From NCBI GenBank assembly GCA_002189035.1, contig CM007989.1:7192001-7256000 (forward strand): DNA of 64,000 nucleotides. The letters are read 5' to 3'. This document shows, in pieces, positions 25,602-39,350 of this stretch; positions within the stretch are counted from its first letter, which is position 1, and every line of letters begins with the position of its first letter. The position numbers and the translations under genes were made by a program. The notes under the pieces were generated by a model. The model worked only from the letters and a program-made list of their open reading frames with translations, did not search any database and was not told the DNA's origin. Origin of the DNA: Utricularia gibba (taxonomy: Eukaryota; Plantae; Magnoliophyta).

Positions 25602-28600
25602 TCATTTCCAGAGATAACGAAGGGAAGGCAAGCATGTAGCAAGCTGCTTACAGTTTTCATGGCCGTGGATTGATGACTGTTCAGTGGAAATCATCATCCT
25701 CCCCAACTTATTTTTGATATCTGTACTACGTATATTATGTACAGTGGTCAGTGGACTGTCCATCCCGGCGTCCCCTCTAGTATTTACAGTCTGCATAACT
25801 GGGGTATCTTTAGTGCTATTTACATGGCTCCCCAGGCTTGGCCAGTTTTCATCAGTACTATTGTCCAATGCGCCGTTTAAACAACCATTGGAAGTGGAGC
25901 TGACTGAACTGGAACTGCTGCAGCCTTGGGAAAGCTTGTTGATTCCGGAGATGAAGCCTAGTCTGTTAGGCTGAAATTGTTCGTTGAGTTTGCTGTGTGT
26001 GACAGGGACCCTGAACACAAGAAAAACGGTTTAGCTTGGAACGCAGTTAGACACTAAACACATCCGATCATATCCACAGTACAGACAAAAATTGAGTAAA
26101 CTTAATTTAAACGATGTAGATAGCCACTGTGGCTGCTGTCTTTGTGCATTCTTTAGTTCACATAAAACCAGCACAGGTTTCAAAAAAAAAAAAAAAAGTG
26201 AGAAGCATATTCAGAACAACGCCAATAAATCAAGTGTATGCATACGAGGAAAACACAACAATTTCTTTGCAGTTGTTGTTGTGAACATACCTCCCCTGCT
26301 GAAACTTTGATGTATGTAGACAATTGTAAACTGGAATCAATTCTTTTGACCTTGCTTCTAACGTACGGATGGGGAACTTTTCAATTTCAAGTTCTCCCCT
26401 GAATAAGCTTCTTCATCTTCATCAGAGCCACTAGTCAGCAACAACTGAAAGTATACCTACCAGGAACCCAACAAGCGTGAGATGCAAAATTCTTGGTGAT
26501 AAGTAGAACTATTTCAATTTCCTAATCATAACGAAGTACCTCTGATCTTAACCAAAGGGGATTAGTGTTTTGATGCATTTGAAGTTCAGCTTCAGATATA
26601 TGCATATTATATTTTTCTTCAGTGATGATCTTTTCTTCAGAAGTTAAATCAAAGTTGGAGGATGAGTGATTCTCATTTTCCTTGCTTGAAGAATATACTC
26701 TTCCGTTAACACAAATACCATCCTCTTCATACATGTCCAGGTTACCAACACCTTGATCCTTGCGTGTCTGCTTCTGGAAAATATTCCATTTTTGCAGTGC
26801 CTCTACCATCGATTTTCCATCACAACTGAGACTTGGCTCATTGTCAATATTAACTCCTGGAGAGATCATCTTACCATCACAAGAAGCAAAATGCAATACA
26901 TATTGCATCAAACATCCAGGTGTCGAAAAAACAAGAAGATAGTAGTTCCTCTTCAAGGAATTAATGTCATTTTGCAACTCATTGCCTTTGCACTTGTGAA
27001 ACACTGATGCAATTGCCCCAGAAAAAGAGTTTAAACGCCCTGCTGTAGCTGCAGCGGCGCTACTCACACTGCTTATCCATCCATCACTTCCATTTCTTAT
27101 TCGGCTAACAGCTGGAAGGGTGATTGGTGAACTGGACTCACATAAATTTTGCGGGGTTAGCAACTGCAGCCCAGAATTCGATGGCCTGTGGATAGCAGGC
27201 TTTCCCACAGTGCAAGGTCCACTGCCTCTACAGTCAAGAGAATCATCAGCAAACTGAAAACTAGCCATTCCACCTGATGGACAAATGGCAAAAAGGTGGC
27301 TTGTTCCTCTGGAGGTACTCACCATAATCCATTGGCTATCACTACTAAAACTTATGTCTTGTATCACCTGTGGAAGCAATTTGAAAAATATCAGAATGAA
27401 ACATTGTAAAAAATGCGAGTCAGTAAACAATAATCAGTAGCCTTACAGCATCTGTAAAACCCCGTTGTAGACTATAAAGATGGATATGAGACGGTCCTGA
27501 AGTTCCAGTGGAGTTAGACAGCCCTGGCATTATCCGGAAGACATTTATATTATGACCTTTAACTGAGGCTGTGACTAAAAGCATCCCGCTTGGATCAAAG
27601 CATAATGCTGAAATAGGACTTGAATGTGCTTTAAATTGTGCAACCACACTTTTGTTTATGATGTCCCTGACAATGACCTGAAAATCGAAGTAGAAACATC
27701 AGAGGGTCAATAAAACATGAAACCATCAAGACAAACCTAGCAGAGCGACAATCAGGAATACTAAGGATACCATGCACTTAGACAAGCTGCATACAAATAT
27801 GTGATAATGATAAATATAGATACCATGCCCACATTGTCTGCATCTGCAGGATGCCCACTGGAGACTCCATTTATCTTAGTAACCGACGTTCCAGAAAGAA
27901 CATCCTTGCCATCAGGCAAAAGACCAGAACAGTATCTCAAGAACTTCTTGCATCCCATATCACCTAAAGTAGCAATTCCAGCTGCTATCTGCTTGCTGGT
28001 CTCTTTTGCATAATGAGCAACAAGGCTACCATTTGACATTGAAGAAGGGAAACTGCATGAAGAGGTGGGGTGCTGCGGATTAACACGGCCTGAATTTGTC
28101 ATAGCAACCAAACTTCCACTGTATGCCATCCAACGAGGTCCCACTGCAAGTGGCCCTAATCCCATATTCAAAGGTCCGTAACATCCAGGGGTTACAGTAT
28201 TTGTAAGGATTGTATACTCTCTTTCCAGTGTAGCAGCATTCAGACAATGAATCTGTAAAGATTGCGTAAGGACAACAATAAATAATGAAACATACCATGA
28301 GAGTCATATTGTAAGTTTATAACTGAAATCAATCATACCTGTGTCGATTGCAAAACACAGACAATGCGGCTGCTAGAACGTACTAAATGTACAGCTGATC
28401 TAAATCTCAAAATATGTATGTAAGACTGGGACTTTAATGAATAAAACCAAACTACAGTCGGCACATGACTCCCGTTGATTGACAGATTATAGGGCCGCAC
28501 GGAACCATTGTAAGGAGCAACAATCCCTTCCTGAGGACGATGAGTATCTTCAGAAACAGATACGTCTGCACAGATAATCAACAAAGGTCGACTATCTGCA

Positions 28601-29377
28601 AACTTGTCCTCAGATCTGGCAGAAGTCAAGGGTGCTGGTTGCATTTGCATGAAGGAAACAGCACAATCCTGCCTTGTGGCTAGCTTACAAACTTTGTCTG
28701 CTGCTTCGACATCCCAGACCTGAAACCCATGGCTGAACCCAAGCAAGAGAACCTGCCTTGTCACACCTTTTTCCAGTTCTAGTTTGTCGAACCCAGCCCA
28801 CAAAACCTTCAAATTTGGAAATAGAGAACATAAAAATAGTAACTAGGAGGCACCAAATGCATGAAAATCTGCGTTTCATATCAAATTAACAGTAAAAGCA
28901 TAAAGGCACTGATTAAATCCCGCGTCCCGTGACATTTGCTATCAGTTGCACAGTACATATTCAGTTTCAAAACTTTACAGAACACAAACAACTTAAGACT
29001 GGCACAAAATATTGCATACAATAATACAGGTGGATTCAAAATTAATAGAGACATTATTTTGCTATAGTAACTGAATAAAAAATACAGCAAACTAGAGGTG
29101 CAAATACGAAAAACAGGCTAGCTCAAAGTTACACAAGCAATGCATAATTATTCTTTCATTGTTTCACCTGATCATGATGAGTTTCCACATCTCTCTCCAT
29201 AACAGCTGAAGCTGCAGATGCAGCAGACCGCATGGTAGAAGCAACGGATGACGCACCTGAGGAAACTATCCTCGAAAGTGTCTTGAAAGAGTGCGGAATA
29301 AGCCCCGTATTAATTCGGCTAGACCGAGCCACCAAAGCTCGGTCACCGCTTTTCTGGCCATCATTCCTCATTCCCAT
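25602..29377 (-). CDS. ATG18F: Autophagy-related protein 18f (WD40 + BCAS3); one -1 frameshift at 26396-26399 as assembled
   Basis: RIVSSGAS...HHDQVLWAGFDKLE, PLAVGPRWMAYSG, QFKAHSSPISALCFDPSG.LLVTAS, VIQDISFSSDSQWIMVST.RGTSHLF and ISEAELQMHQ. Confidence 0.93.
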
Positions 29378-30496
29378 GGCCAAGGAAGGTGCAAATTATT
29401 CCGCACCAAAAGCGCACACTGCAACCGCTTCTTATCTCCTTCACCACATTAATTAACATAACATCCACCAAACTATTGTTTCTACGGTATCTACAATTCA
29501 ATAACCCCAGCTAATCTGCCTCTGGTTCCATTTGTAATCATCCAAAGTTCAAACTTTAGCAAAGCAAACCTTCAAATTATGCACGTTCGCCACCGGTCAA
29601 GAAACCCATGAGCTCACGAAAGAATCCCAAACCGAAAGAAACAATACCCCTTCGGTGGGTTATCAAACGATAGGGAAAAAATTCCAGAAAAAAATAACCC
29701 CTTTTGTTTGTATATCACCTCGTGGGCTGAATCTCGATCAGCAGCCACCTCTACTTTATCAGCGAAACAACTGCTGACTAATCCAAGAAAAAGAATTTAC
29801 CGAAGCTAATAATCATACATTAACAGGAGCATGTACAGATTGAATCAAGAATCGAAGGGTTAGAGATTTGGAGTTCTGAATGCTAGATAGTCAAACATGA
29901 GAAGCGCCTAATTGGGCTGAAAGAGAGAACGAAGAGAAGACGGAGAGGTAAGGCATATACCGGTGATTGCGGACGAAGAAATGTAGAACAAAAACATTAC
30001 ACCATCCCACTACCTCCCCTCGATCACGACTCTCCCCCCGAATTTTCTCCAGTCTTTCTCCTTTATGAAACCCCACGAGTCGTCCACTACCACACGTCTT
30101 CCTTTACGCCGCCGTCAAAACCCAGTTTTCACCGTGGCCGGTAACGGTGAAACATGAGCCAGCCAGAATCCCCAGTGGAGTTCTGTACACGTGGGCTGAG
30201 CGAAGAGGAACGCGAGTAGGTGGAGAATAGGAGAGATGTTTCGTATGGATTTGATCGTGCGGCGGGCAGTGGAGGAGCACGGGAGGATATGGACCCGAGA
30301 AGCACGTGATAACTTTTTGTCATCACCCTGGGGGTATCCGATGAGAATCTGCAGGGCATCTTCGCATTTCCCTTCGAATGTCTCGCCGATTGCAATGACA
30401 ATGCAATCCCTTTTCCAGGTGGTATTGCGGAGTTTGCAGGCCCGGCCTCGGATCAGTGTTTCCGGTGCCATCGCCGGAGATTCCTTCGGAAATTGT

Positions 30497-31008
30497 TAAA
30501 ACGAAGACTGCATAACGCAGCGACGCAAAATGGAAGGAGAAATTTGTTACCGCGACCCCGGTGGGCACGCACCTGTCTTCAACGCAATCTTCTTCGTCTT
30601 CTTCTTCGGTGTCCCACCGGAGGCTTCCACCGTGACATTTCCGCCGACCGCAACTCTACAGCGTTTGACGTGAAACGAAGCATCCGGAAAGGCTTGGCGG
30701 GCATTCAGTAGCCTGGAGCTGTTATCGAAGTAGAAGCAAGTGAGATTTGCGGCGGCGTAGTCGACGAGGCGGCGCTTGCTGCTGTTCCTTTGACCTGGAG
30801 ATCGAAGACTGTGGAGTGGTTGCTTTTTTCGTTGAAGGATCGGAGTCAGTGAGGGCAGAGACGTCGAATTGATTGATTGAGAAATGGAGATCCGAAGTAC
30901 GAAGGCTGAGGCCCAATATCTGGGCGATGAGGCCACTACGAAGTATGAGGAAGAAGCAGGACCTGCAACAGCAACCACAACCGGCGTCACCGCCCTCCGC
31001 CGCGTCAT
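30497..31008 (-). pseudogene. NDR1: NDR1-like (LEA_2/NHL family) relic with four one-base losses and an internal deletion
   Basis: Frame-hopping translation: M(D)AAEGGDAGCGCCCRSCFFLILRSGLIAQILGLSLRTSDLHFSINQFDVSAL / NHSTVFDLQVK / NSSKRRLVDYAAANLTCFYFDNSS / [gap] KRCRVAVGGNVTVEASG...KKIALKTGA / hydrophobic tail. This is collinear with the NDR1 motifs CC.CC.SF..T.GL..LF.WLSLR, KGIYYD..NLTF and R.V.VGADVEV..G.K..KK.IKLK. The FYQGHKK..FRVDL..RFK block is absent. Confidence 0.75.
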
Positions 31009-31244
31009 CACGAAAGGTATAGTTTGCGTGACTAGTGTTGCCTGTGCATTGTATTAACAAATATCAAAGTTCACATTTTGAATCAAACCCATGACTTGAA
31101 AATTTAGATGGCAGGTGGGTAAGTTCAGACCAACAAAGAAGTACCCGGGGCACTACAAATAGAGTACTCTGCCTAGGAAGAGCTTATAACGATGAGTAAT
31201 AATCTCAAAGTATCACCATACGCGCCCTTAATGAGACAGGATGG

Positions 31245-32531
31245 TTACTCATCGTCTTTGTAGGGATACTCCTCCGGACTTGTTTCAGTAACTTCACCTG
31301 CAACTCGAATACATCGTCCCCTCTAAGCATGTCACGCAGCCATGTGACCTCCGTTTTCATGGAAACCTGATGTTCAAACACGAACTTGGATTAGAATGGT
31401 GGATTAAACTGGTTGAGGGAGGGATATGGAAGATGTCTCACCATTTCAAGTGCTCCTCTGATGACTCCACTTAGAATGTTGCAGTAATGAAGGCCTTGGC
31501 AAATATCAGGGAGCTCCACAAAATCTACAAGAGGATTGTCCTCCAGAATGAGGCTGCAGGTTGTGCCCTCAGCATCCCAGTTTGTCACAGATGCTGTCAC
31601 TCCAAGGAACAACTTGAATCCCACCTAGCATTAACATGAGGATACTAGATTCAATTTTGATTCAAAAGATAAAGTGACTCGCAATATTATGATGAACTTG
31701 AGCATCATGATTCTGGGTCTAATTCATCAACAAAACAAAGCATACTCATAAAGATTGCATCCATGACCTGTGAGGATGGATTCATTTCTTTTCTGCAACC
31801 ACTCTATAGGCGAGTAGATGAGATGATCGACACACACACTGAATGGAATTGTTTCTTTGATGCAATTTAATCCATACGCAAACGGCTAGAGTAACAGAGG
31901 GCAGAAGTTCATTTCTATGCAGGAACTTAGTTATTCATTTTCAGGGCTAATAGTGATCAGCATAACATTAAAATAGCAATTTACTGTGCAAAATTCAAAC
32001 AAATAAATTCATTCAAGAGTAAAAGAAAAACACACTGATACAACGAGTAATAAATACCGTGTACATATACCTTGGCAATGACTTCAGCAGTTTCTCTAAA
32101 ATCAACACATCTGGAGACATTAGATTTAGCTAGAAACTCGTCCACTAACCGGATACCGATATTATAACCCCTGAAACAAGACATTAATCAACGGATAAAA
32201 AAACCAACTTTACAAAACCAAAGAAAAACACCCAAAAGAGCAACTGAGTACATTTGGTCTAGCTGCTTATTAACCTCCTCCACCTCCTCTAGATCCGTCA
32301 GGAGCTGGCGTACCATTGCACCGTAGGTAAGTGTAAACAACTCCGCATTCTACGAAATCGAAACCAAATATTACACAATTACCCGACCAGATCCATCAAA
32401 TCTTCAATAAAAATTGGGGAAAACGAAAAGAAAACAAATATATTAGCCGACTTTTAGTTCTATACACTACTTACCACGCGATCAACACTGGCGAAAATTG
32501 CATCCCCGGACTTAGGAGCTGCGGGAGCCAT
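31245..32531 (-). CDS. BET3: TRAPP complex subunit BET3/TRAPPC3 (5 exons); -1 frameshift near the C-terminus as assembled (shifted stop at 31205)
   Basis: MAPAAPKSGDAIFASVDRV, NAELFTLTYGAMVRQLL, GYNIGIRLVDEFLAKSNVSRC, LVDFVELPD.C.GL.YCNILSGVIRGALEMV. The tail reads KQVPEEYPYKDDE only if CC at 31276-31277 is CCC. Confidence 0.95.
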
Positions 32532-32724
32532 GGCTATGGAAAGGAGTGCGGGAATCGTCGGATTTGTGGAGCCGGCTACAGATGCAGAACCAAATCGGGA
32601 GAAAAACGGCCAATTTTGTTCAGATGAAGGCTTACAGTTTTTTTATATAATGTTTTATATTTTTAATTATAAATTTACATAACATCATTTTTAATTCAAA
32701 ATATTTATACATAATATATTTTTT

Positions 32725-32963
32725 AAAAAATAAAATAATAAATGTTGAATAAATAAATGTGTAAATATGTTAAAGATACTTGAAAGTATAGTATTATTGA
32801 ATATTTTTAAAAAATAGTTACTATAAATTAAATATTATATTTGAAAAAATAAAATAATAAATGTTGAATAAATAAATGTGTAAATATGTTAAAGATACTT
32901 GAAAGTATAGTATTATTGAATATTATTAAAAATAGTTACTATAAATTAAATATTATATTTGAA
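32725..32963 (+). repeat. Near-perfect AT-rich tandem duplication, 2 x 119 bp
   Basis: taaaataataaatgttgaataaataaatgtgtaaatatgttaaagatacttgaaagtatag... starts at both 32731 and 32850, with only a few mismatches. Confidence 0.92.
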
Positions 32964-33259
32964 TTTTTTAACGTGTAATCTCGGCCGTCGGATTTGAATG
33001 ACTATGGTCGTTTATATGTAAATTATTTAAATAGGTACGTCGCCATTAATTTTAAATATATTAATGGTCACGTCAACTTGCACAAAACGACAAGTTACGT
33101 TGCGTTTCGTATTTGATTTCTTTATGCTACGTGGAAACGTTTCATTGGTTGAAGACATAGGCGATTTTTCCGCATTGTCGGTGCCCTTGGCCTATATGAG
33201 GGGAGCTCCTCGCCTAGAATCCTCATCCTGAAAATTCTAGTGCGTTTACGTTCGAAAAG

Positions 33260-34847
<1,588 letters not shown>

Positions 34848-35364
34848 AACTCCTGATCTCTATCTTCTACATCTGTAATTCCCTTGCTCGCTCGTGTATG
34901 GATGGACAGGACAGGCCTCTTGCGCTTGTGTTGGGGCGTCTGTTCCCCTTTTAATAAATCTCTTTCAACGTATATTCATGAATTACTGACGGATAGCTCA
35001 AGGCTTGCCCATTCGATAATTCGTTATATAAAAATAAAAAAGTTAAAATTTAAATGACTATTTATATTTTTTTCATTTTATTTTTACAATCGATTAAATT
35101 CAATTTAATAATGTATTCTAAAAAATTTCAATTGAAAAATCATTAATAAATCAAAAAATAGTTTGAATTCAATTTTTCTAAATAAAAATACTAAAAAAAT
35201 TATAAAATACAATAAAGTAAAAAGCCCAATGGAAATCCTCCGGCCATTAGACGTGAGGGATTCTCTGGTTTGAGACCGGCCGGCCGGCCACAAGGGGGTG
35301 TCGACGGTCGACTTGGTGCGGGACAGTTCTGTCTGATTGTCCTCGGTTTCTGCGTTAGGTGGAT

Positions 35365-37552
35365 ATGGGTTCAGAGATGGAGACCGTTGAACAGAGGCTT
35401 AAGTCCTTCGTTTCTCAGTTGCGGACGGAGTGTGGGATTTTTGAGAGACTCGTGTATAAGCACAAGAATCAACATAGGAGATCGTCCTACTTTCAGTATA
35501 TTCTAAAGGTTTTGGTGGTTTTCGTGAAAGATTGAAGCTAATCTTACGTACCTGTTTGCAATAGTTTTGCTGCTTCACGCGCAGGTTAGAAGGGACCTAA
35601 AGCTTCTGAAATTGGCCAACTTGGGGGAGATTCTAGATTCCTGCTTTATCGTCATCAACGGGAACAAGCCAAGGCAGAAACTTATGACTTTGGAAACGTA
35701 TTTTTCCTTCTTTTGCAGCATTACTTTACTCTGCAAGTATTTTTTATGCTTTGTGCATGTACCGCGTACTTATTCGCTGTGCATAGAGCAATATTTATCA
35801 AATTGATTTTGTAACTATTGAGGGAATTGAGTTCTGTAGTATGGCATTGAAAGAAATGACATCTTGGGAGATGACTTAAACCAAATGCACCATTATTGCA
35901 GGAGTTTCTTGCTTGATATCTTGGATCACTTGGAAATCGGCTATGTATCATGAAAGTAAAGAATATGTGATGCCAGTTTCTTGTCTGTGATGTTTTCATC
36001 TTAGTCATGAATGATTTTGGGTCATAGTTGATAATATTCACATGGATTAGATGGTTACATGCTTTGTATTCTGTGGTACTATATTCATTTGTTCATTTTT
36101 TGACAGTTTGAAAAGAAAACGATGTGGTCGCCTCAAATATAACTTTTTAGAGAGGCTTGTGGGAGTTATGCGGCTGTTGTCTGAGGTTGGATCATGTTAC
36201 CTAACTTGAAACTGTTATGGGTTGAATGCATCTCATAGTGACTTAATTGCAGATGGTTGAACCTTTACTGAAGGCAGCTATGTATCCTTACTTTTGTTAC
36301 TTTTCAGTGGTGCTGTTGATGATACGCAGTTCGAAAGTGTGTTATGTGAAGTTCTTGCGTTTTCTTGATTATTTTTGTGTGTGTGCATTTGAGTTTTGAT
36401 AGTTCATGGTGTAAAATTTCTCTTTGACTCGGCAAAGGCAGATATCCACACTGTTTGCTCAGTCATTTTTCATGAAGTTTTCTGTAACAATTTTGGCTGT
36501 TCTTGGACGTATTAGAGTACTGATTCAGCAGGTAAGTTTCGCCTTCGGTAAACCATATTGATATCTTGGTTGCCACCGTTATTTTGTTTTTTGACGATTT
36601 CTTATGCCTGAGTGTTTTGCGTTTAGTGCTAAAATTTCACGTTTCTTCTACTTATAGATACTTCATGATGGTGTCCTTGTGTACAACACCGTGAGTTCAC
36701 TTTCTCAAAAGCATCATGCAATTAAACTTAATCAAGATGGCATTGAGGTGGATTCTCCAGTTCTAGCTCTAGCATCAAATATCTCTTTAAGTATTGCTCA
36801 TTTTCACTGAGTGGCTATCATTTTCATATAATGCAGGTATTCCGAGAATACTTCCCTAGCAAAGAAGCTAGTACTACAGTACTTGAATGTGTTTGGCAGA
36901 CTGATAAATATGTGCTAGTTGAGAAATCACACGAGTCTGACTCTAACGACCAAAGCAAGAATGACCAAGATGTCATGCCATTAGAGGAGCCAAAAATACA
37001 GTATGACAGCATGGATGTTGTATTGGGAGGTACATTCTGATGCAGCAAATATTCACGTTTCCTAGTTTTGTTGGTGATGTAGAAGGTTTTGCAGGTTTTG
37101 AGTCAGAAAATGTCGGATTGGATGTTAAATTAGAAGATCCGGACCTCGCTCATGACAATAAGGTGGATGCTCAGTTGAAGATCAATGACACGCAAGTTGA
37201 AGACACCGGGAGTGGAGTTGAAACCTCATGCATGAAGACACCTTCCCCGAGTCATATTAGCACACCATTATTTGGTGCTAACGATGGGAAGAACATTGCA
37301 GATGCTTCGTACAGTTATGACAAGATTCCAGAGAAAACAAGCACTTCCATGCACAAGAACTTGACTGCCAGTTCAAGAGGCGTTACGCATTCAAAAAAGG
37401 AGAAGAATAAGGTAGCTTTCATAGCTGTTCAGCCACAGCCAACTCCATCAACCAGAAATGAACCCCTGTCCTCTTCCATTGAAGTTGAAAGGAAGGAGGG
37501 GGGTAATCAAGATACAGTTTTAGATCTTTTGGCGAGAGTTAGACCCTTGTAG
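35365..37552 (+). CDS. DUF4477 / NEPRO-like N-terminal domain protein (8 exons)
   Basis: FERLVYKHKNQHRRSSYFQYILKVRRDLKLL, FLERLVG..RLLSEMVEPLLKAA, QDGIEVFREYFP and LECVWQTDKYVL match the plant DUF4477 family as I recall it. Exon phases are consistent. Confidence 0.82.
36282..36437 (+). other. U12-type GT-AG intron in the DUF4477 gene (intron 4)
   Basis: Donor GTATCCTTAC; branch-like TCTTTGAC at 36421-36428, about 9 nt before an AAG acceptor. The reading frame requires this acceptor. Confidence 0.85.
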
Positions 37553-37851
37553 AATGTGACTGAATCCAGGACCACAATAGATATTTATTTAAGTATCACA
37601 TTTCTATTCGTTTTCAATTCCTCGTTTTCTCTTACTCGAAGCCAACATGATGAACATGGAAACGACAATTCCCACAGTTCATCTGTGTTTGCAACATGGT
37701 TAATTGTAAAGAAGTTTTCAAACAAAACCTGAATGCATAAACCACCATGAATCTCGGAGTAAATATAAGAAAGATGAGAGATTCACTCTGTTCCTATGGC
37801 TGCAGAAAGCAGACAAATTTCTCAAGTTAGGAGAGTTTTCATGGGATGGAA

Positions 37852-38313
37852 CTAGACAGCACCTTCAGATAGTTTAGAGAATCCAAGCTTCTTCAGCTTG
37901 TTAGCTATGGGATTCACCCATGCCTTGTCAGGATGTCCGCATTTTATGTCAACAATCTCAACAACGCCGGACTTCTTCACAGGCTTACCTCGCCTCTGAG
38001 GAGTAGCATCCAGTGAAACATTATCACCTTTCAGCATTGGGATTTTGTTGCTACTTCTTGATTGTCGCCTGGTTCTCTTATGAGTCTCTTCCAGCACTTT
38101 TGGATTCTTACAACTGCTTTTGCTGCTGCTTGCTTCATCAGACGCGGGTCTGGTTTTCGTTTTTTCAAGCATTTCTGCCCCAGCAATTGAAGAGGAGGGG
38201 GGTTGTGGTGCACATGAAGACAATTCTCTGGACATGAGGGAACTGATCGTCCCTGTGGTTCCAACTTTAACAGATCCCCCACCACCCCTTATCTCTTCAA
38301 GTGACTGAGCCAT
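37852..38313 (-). CDS. Conserved plant protein of unknown function (153 aa, single coding exon)
   Basis: Conserved-looking termini GGGGSVKVGTTGTISSLMSREL and VEIVDIKCG...KLKKLGFSKLSE around a low-complexity middle. Confidence 0.8.
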   Translation of the reverse strand: MAQSLEEIRGGGGSVKVGTTGTISSLMSRELSSCAPQPPSSSIAGAEMLEKTKTRPASDEASSSKSSCKNPKVLEETHKRTRRQSRSSNKIPMLKGDNVSLDATPQRRGKPVKKSGVVEIVDIKCGHPDKAWVNPIANKLKKLGFSKLSEGAV

Positions 38314-39137
38314 TCTACACTATCAGTCCTAAAAAAGAAACTAATCTGGTAACAGATCCTGCAACAGGAAAGGAAAGCATCGCATCAGCTTCAAATTAAG
38401 AACATTGCTCCCCCACAGAGGATTCTAGCTAACATTTTTCACTTTCCTCCTTACTCCCAATATGAAATATTTCTTTCTCTATGGGTAGGAGTTCACTTAT
38501 GTTTCCTAAACGCATACATGAATCTACACAACAAACAGAAGGAGCATCGGAAAGCCCAATGCTAGTTAAGTCCTAGGACCATCTCAAAACTATTTGGTGA
38601 AAAATTTGCCTACTCATTCTGTTAAAAAAACCAAGACCCCTCAAACAAGAATCCCACAAGGAAACGAGAACCGAGCACAAAAAATTGAGCGTTACCCACA
38701 AAACCCAAAAACTCCAGTTTCCGAGGAAAGACGTAAATCCAATCTTCAGAACCGAAACTTGAAGCCAATAACCAGAAATGAGGAAATGAGAAACGCCCAG
38801 ACGCCAAGCAGAAAAAAAAATGTGAAAGAAAAAGCTTCCAATCCGCATTGCTACTTCAGGTAAGACTGATGAAATCTTGCACTAAAAACCAACCTTTTAT
38901 GCGAAAACAACCAATTCAGCAACCACCCAAAAACGAGATCCGTCCGCGTTTGGTTCTCCGGTGTGTACTGTTGGGTGGTATTTTCTCTGTAGCCTCTTTC
39001 CAGTTTCCAATCAAAAAGCCTGGCTACCGTTCCCTATACGATGTCTTCAGGTTCACCTTTTTCAGCAGGAAAGCAGAAACATCAAATCCCAAATTACTAT
39101 TTTATCCCCTCCAAAAAACCAGAAAAAGAAAGTCAAA

Positions 39138-39350
39138 GCCGGCACGTGACTCCCCAGCCAATAGGCCTCCTGACGCACTATACTTGTGGGCCAACTCGGG
39201 CCCACACAGTCCCAGTCGGCACAGGCCGGGATGGGTCAACTGTAAGTATCCGGCCCGCCCGAAACGTTTTTCCAAGCCGGGCCGAGTCACAGCACTTGGA
39301 CCCAGGGCCGGGCCTGACACATGAACGGTGGGACCCGCGCCCTGCGGGCT
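39138..39350. mobile_element. Possible decayed non-autonomous DNA-transposon fragment (GGCCCG/GGCACG-rich)
   Basis: An isolated GC-rich block with repeated GCCGGCAC, GGGCCG, CGGCCCG and GGGCCC motifs in both orientations. No TIR or TSD could be found, and it could instead be a site-II/TCP motif cluster. Confidence 0.3.

Noticed and set aside
33134-33143. GAAACGTTTC palindrome as a heat-shock element in the ubiquitin promoter
   Set aside because: The spacing is GAA-4nt-TTC, not the nGAAnnTTCn array of a heat-shock element.
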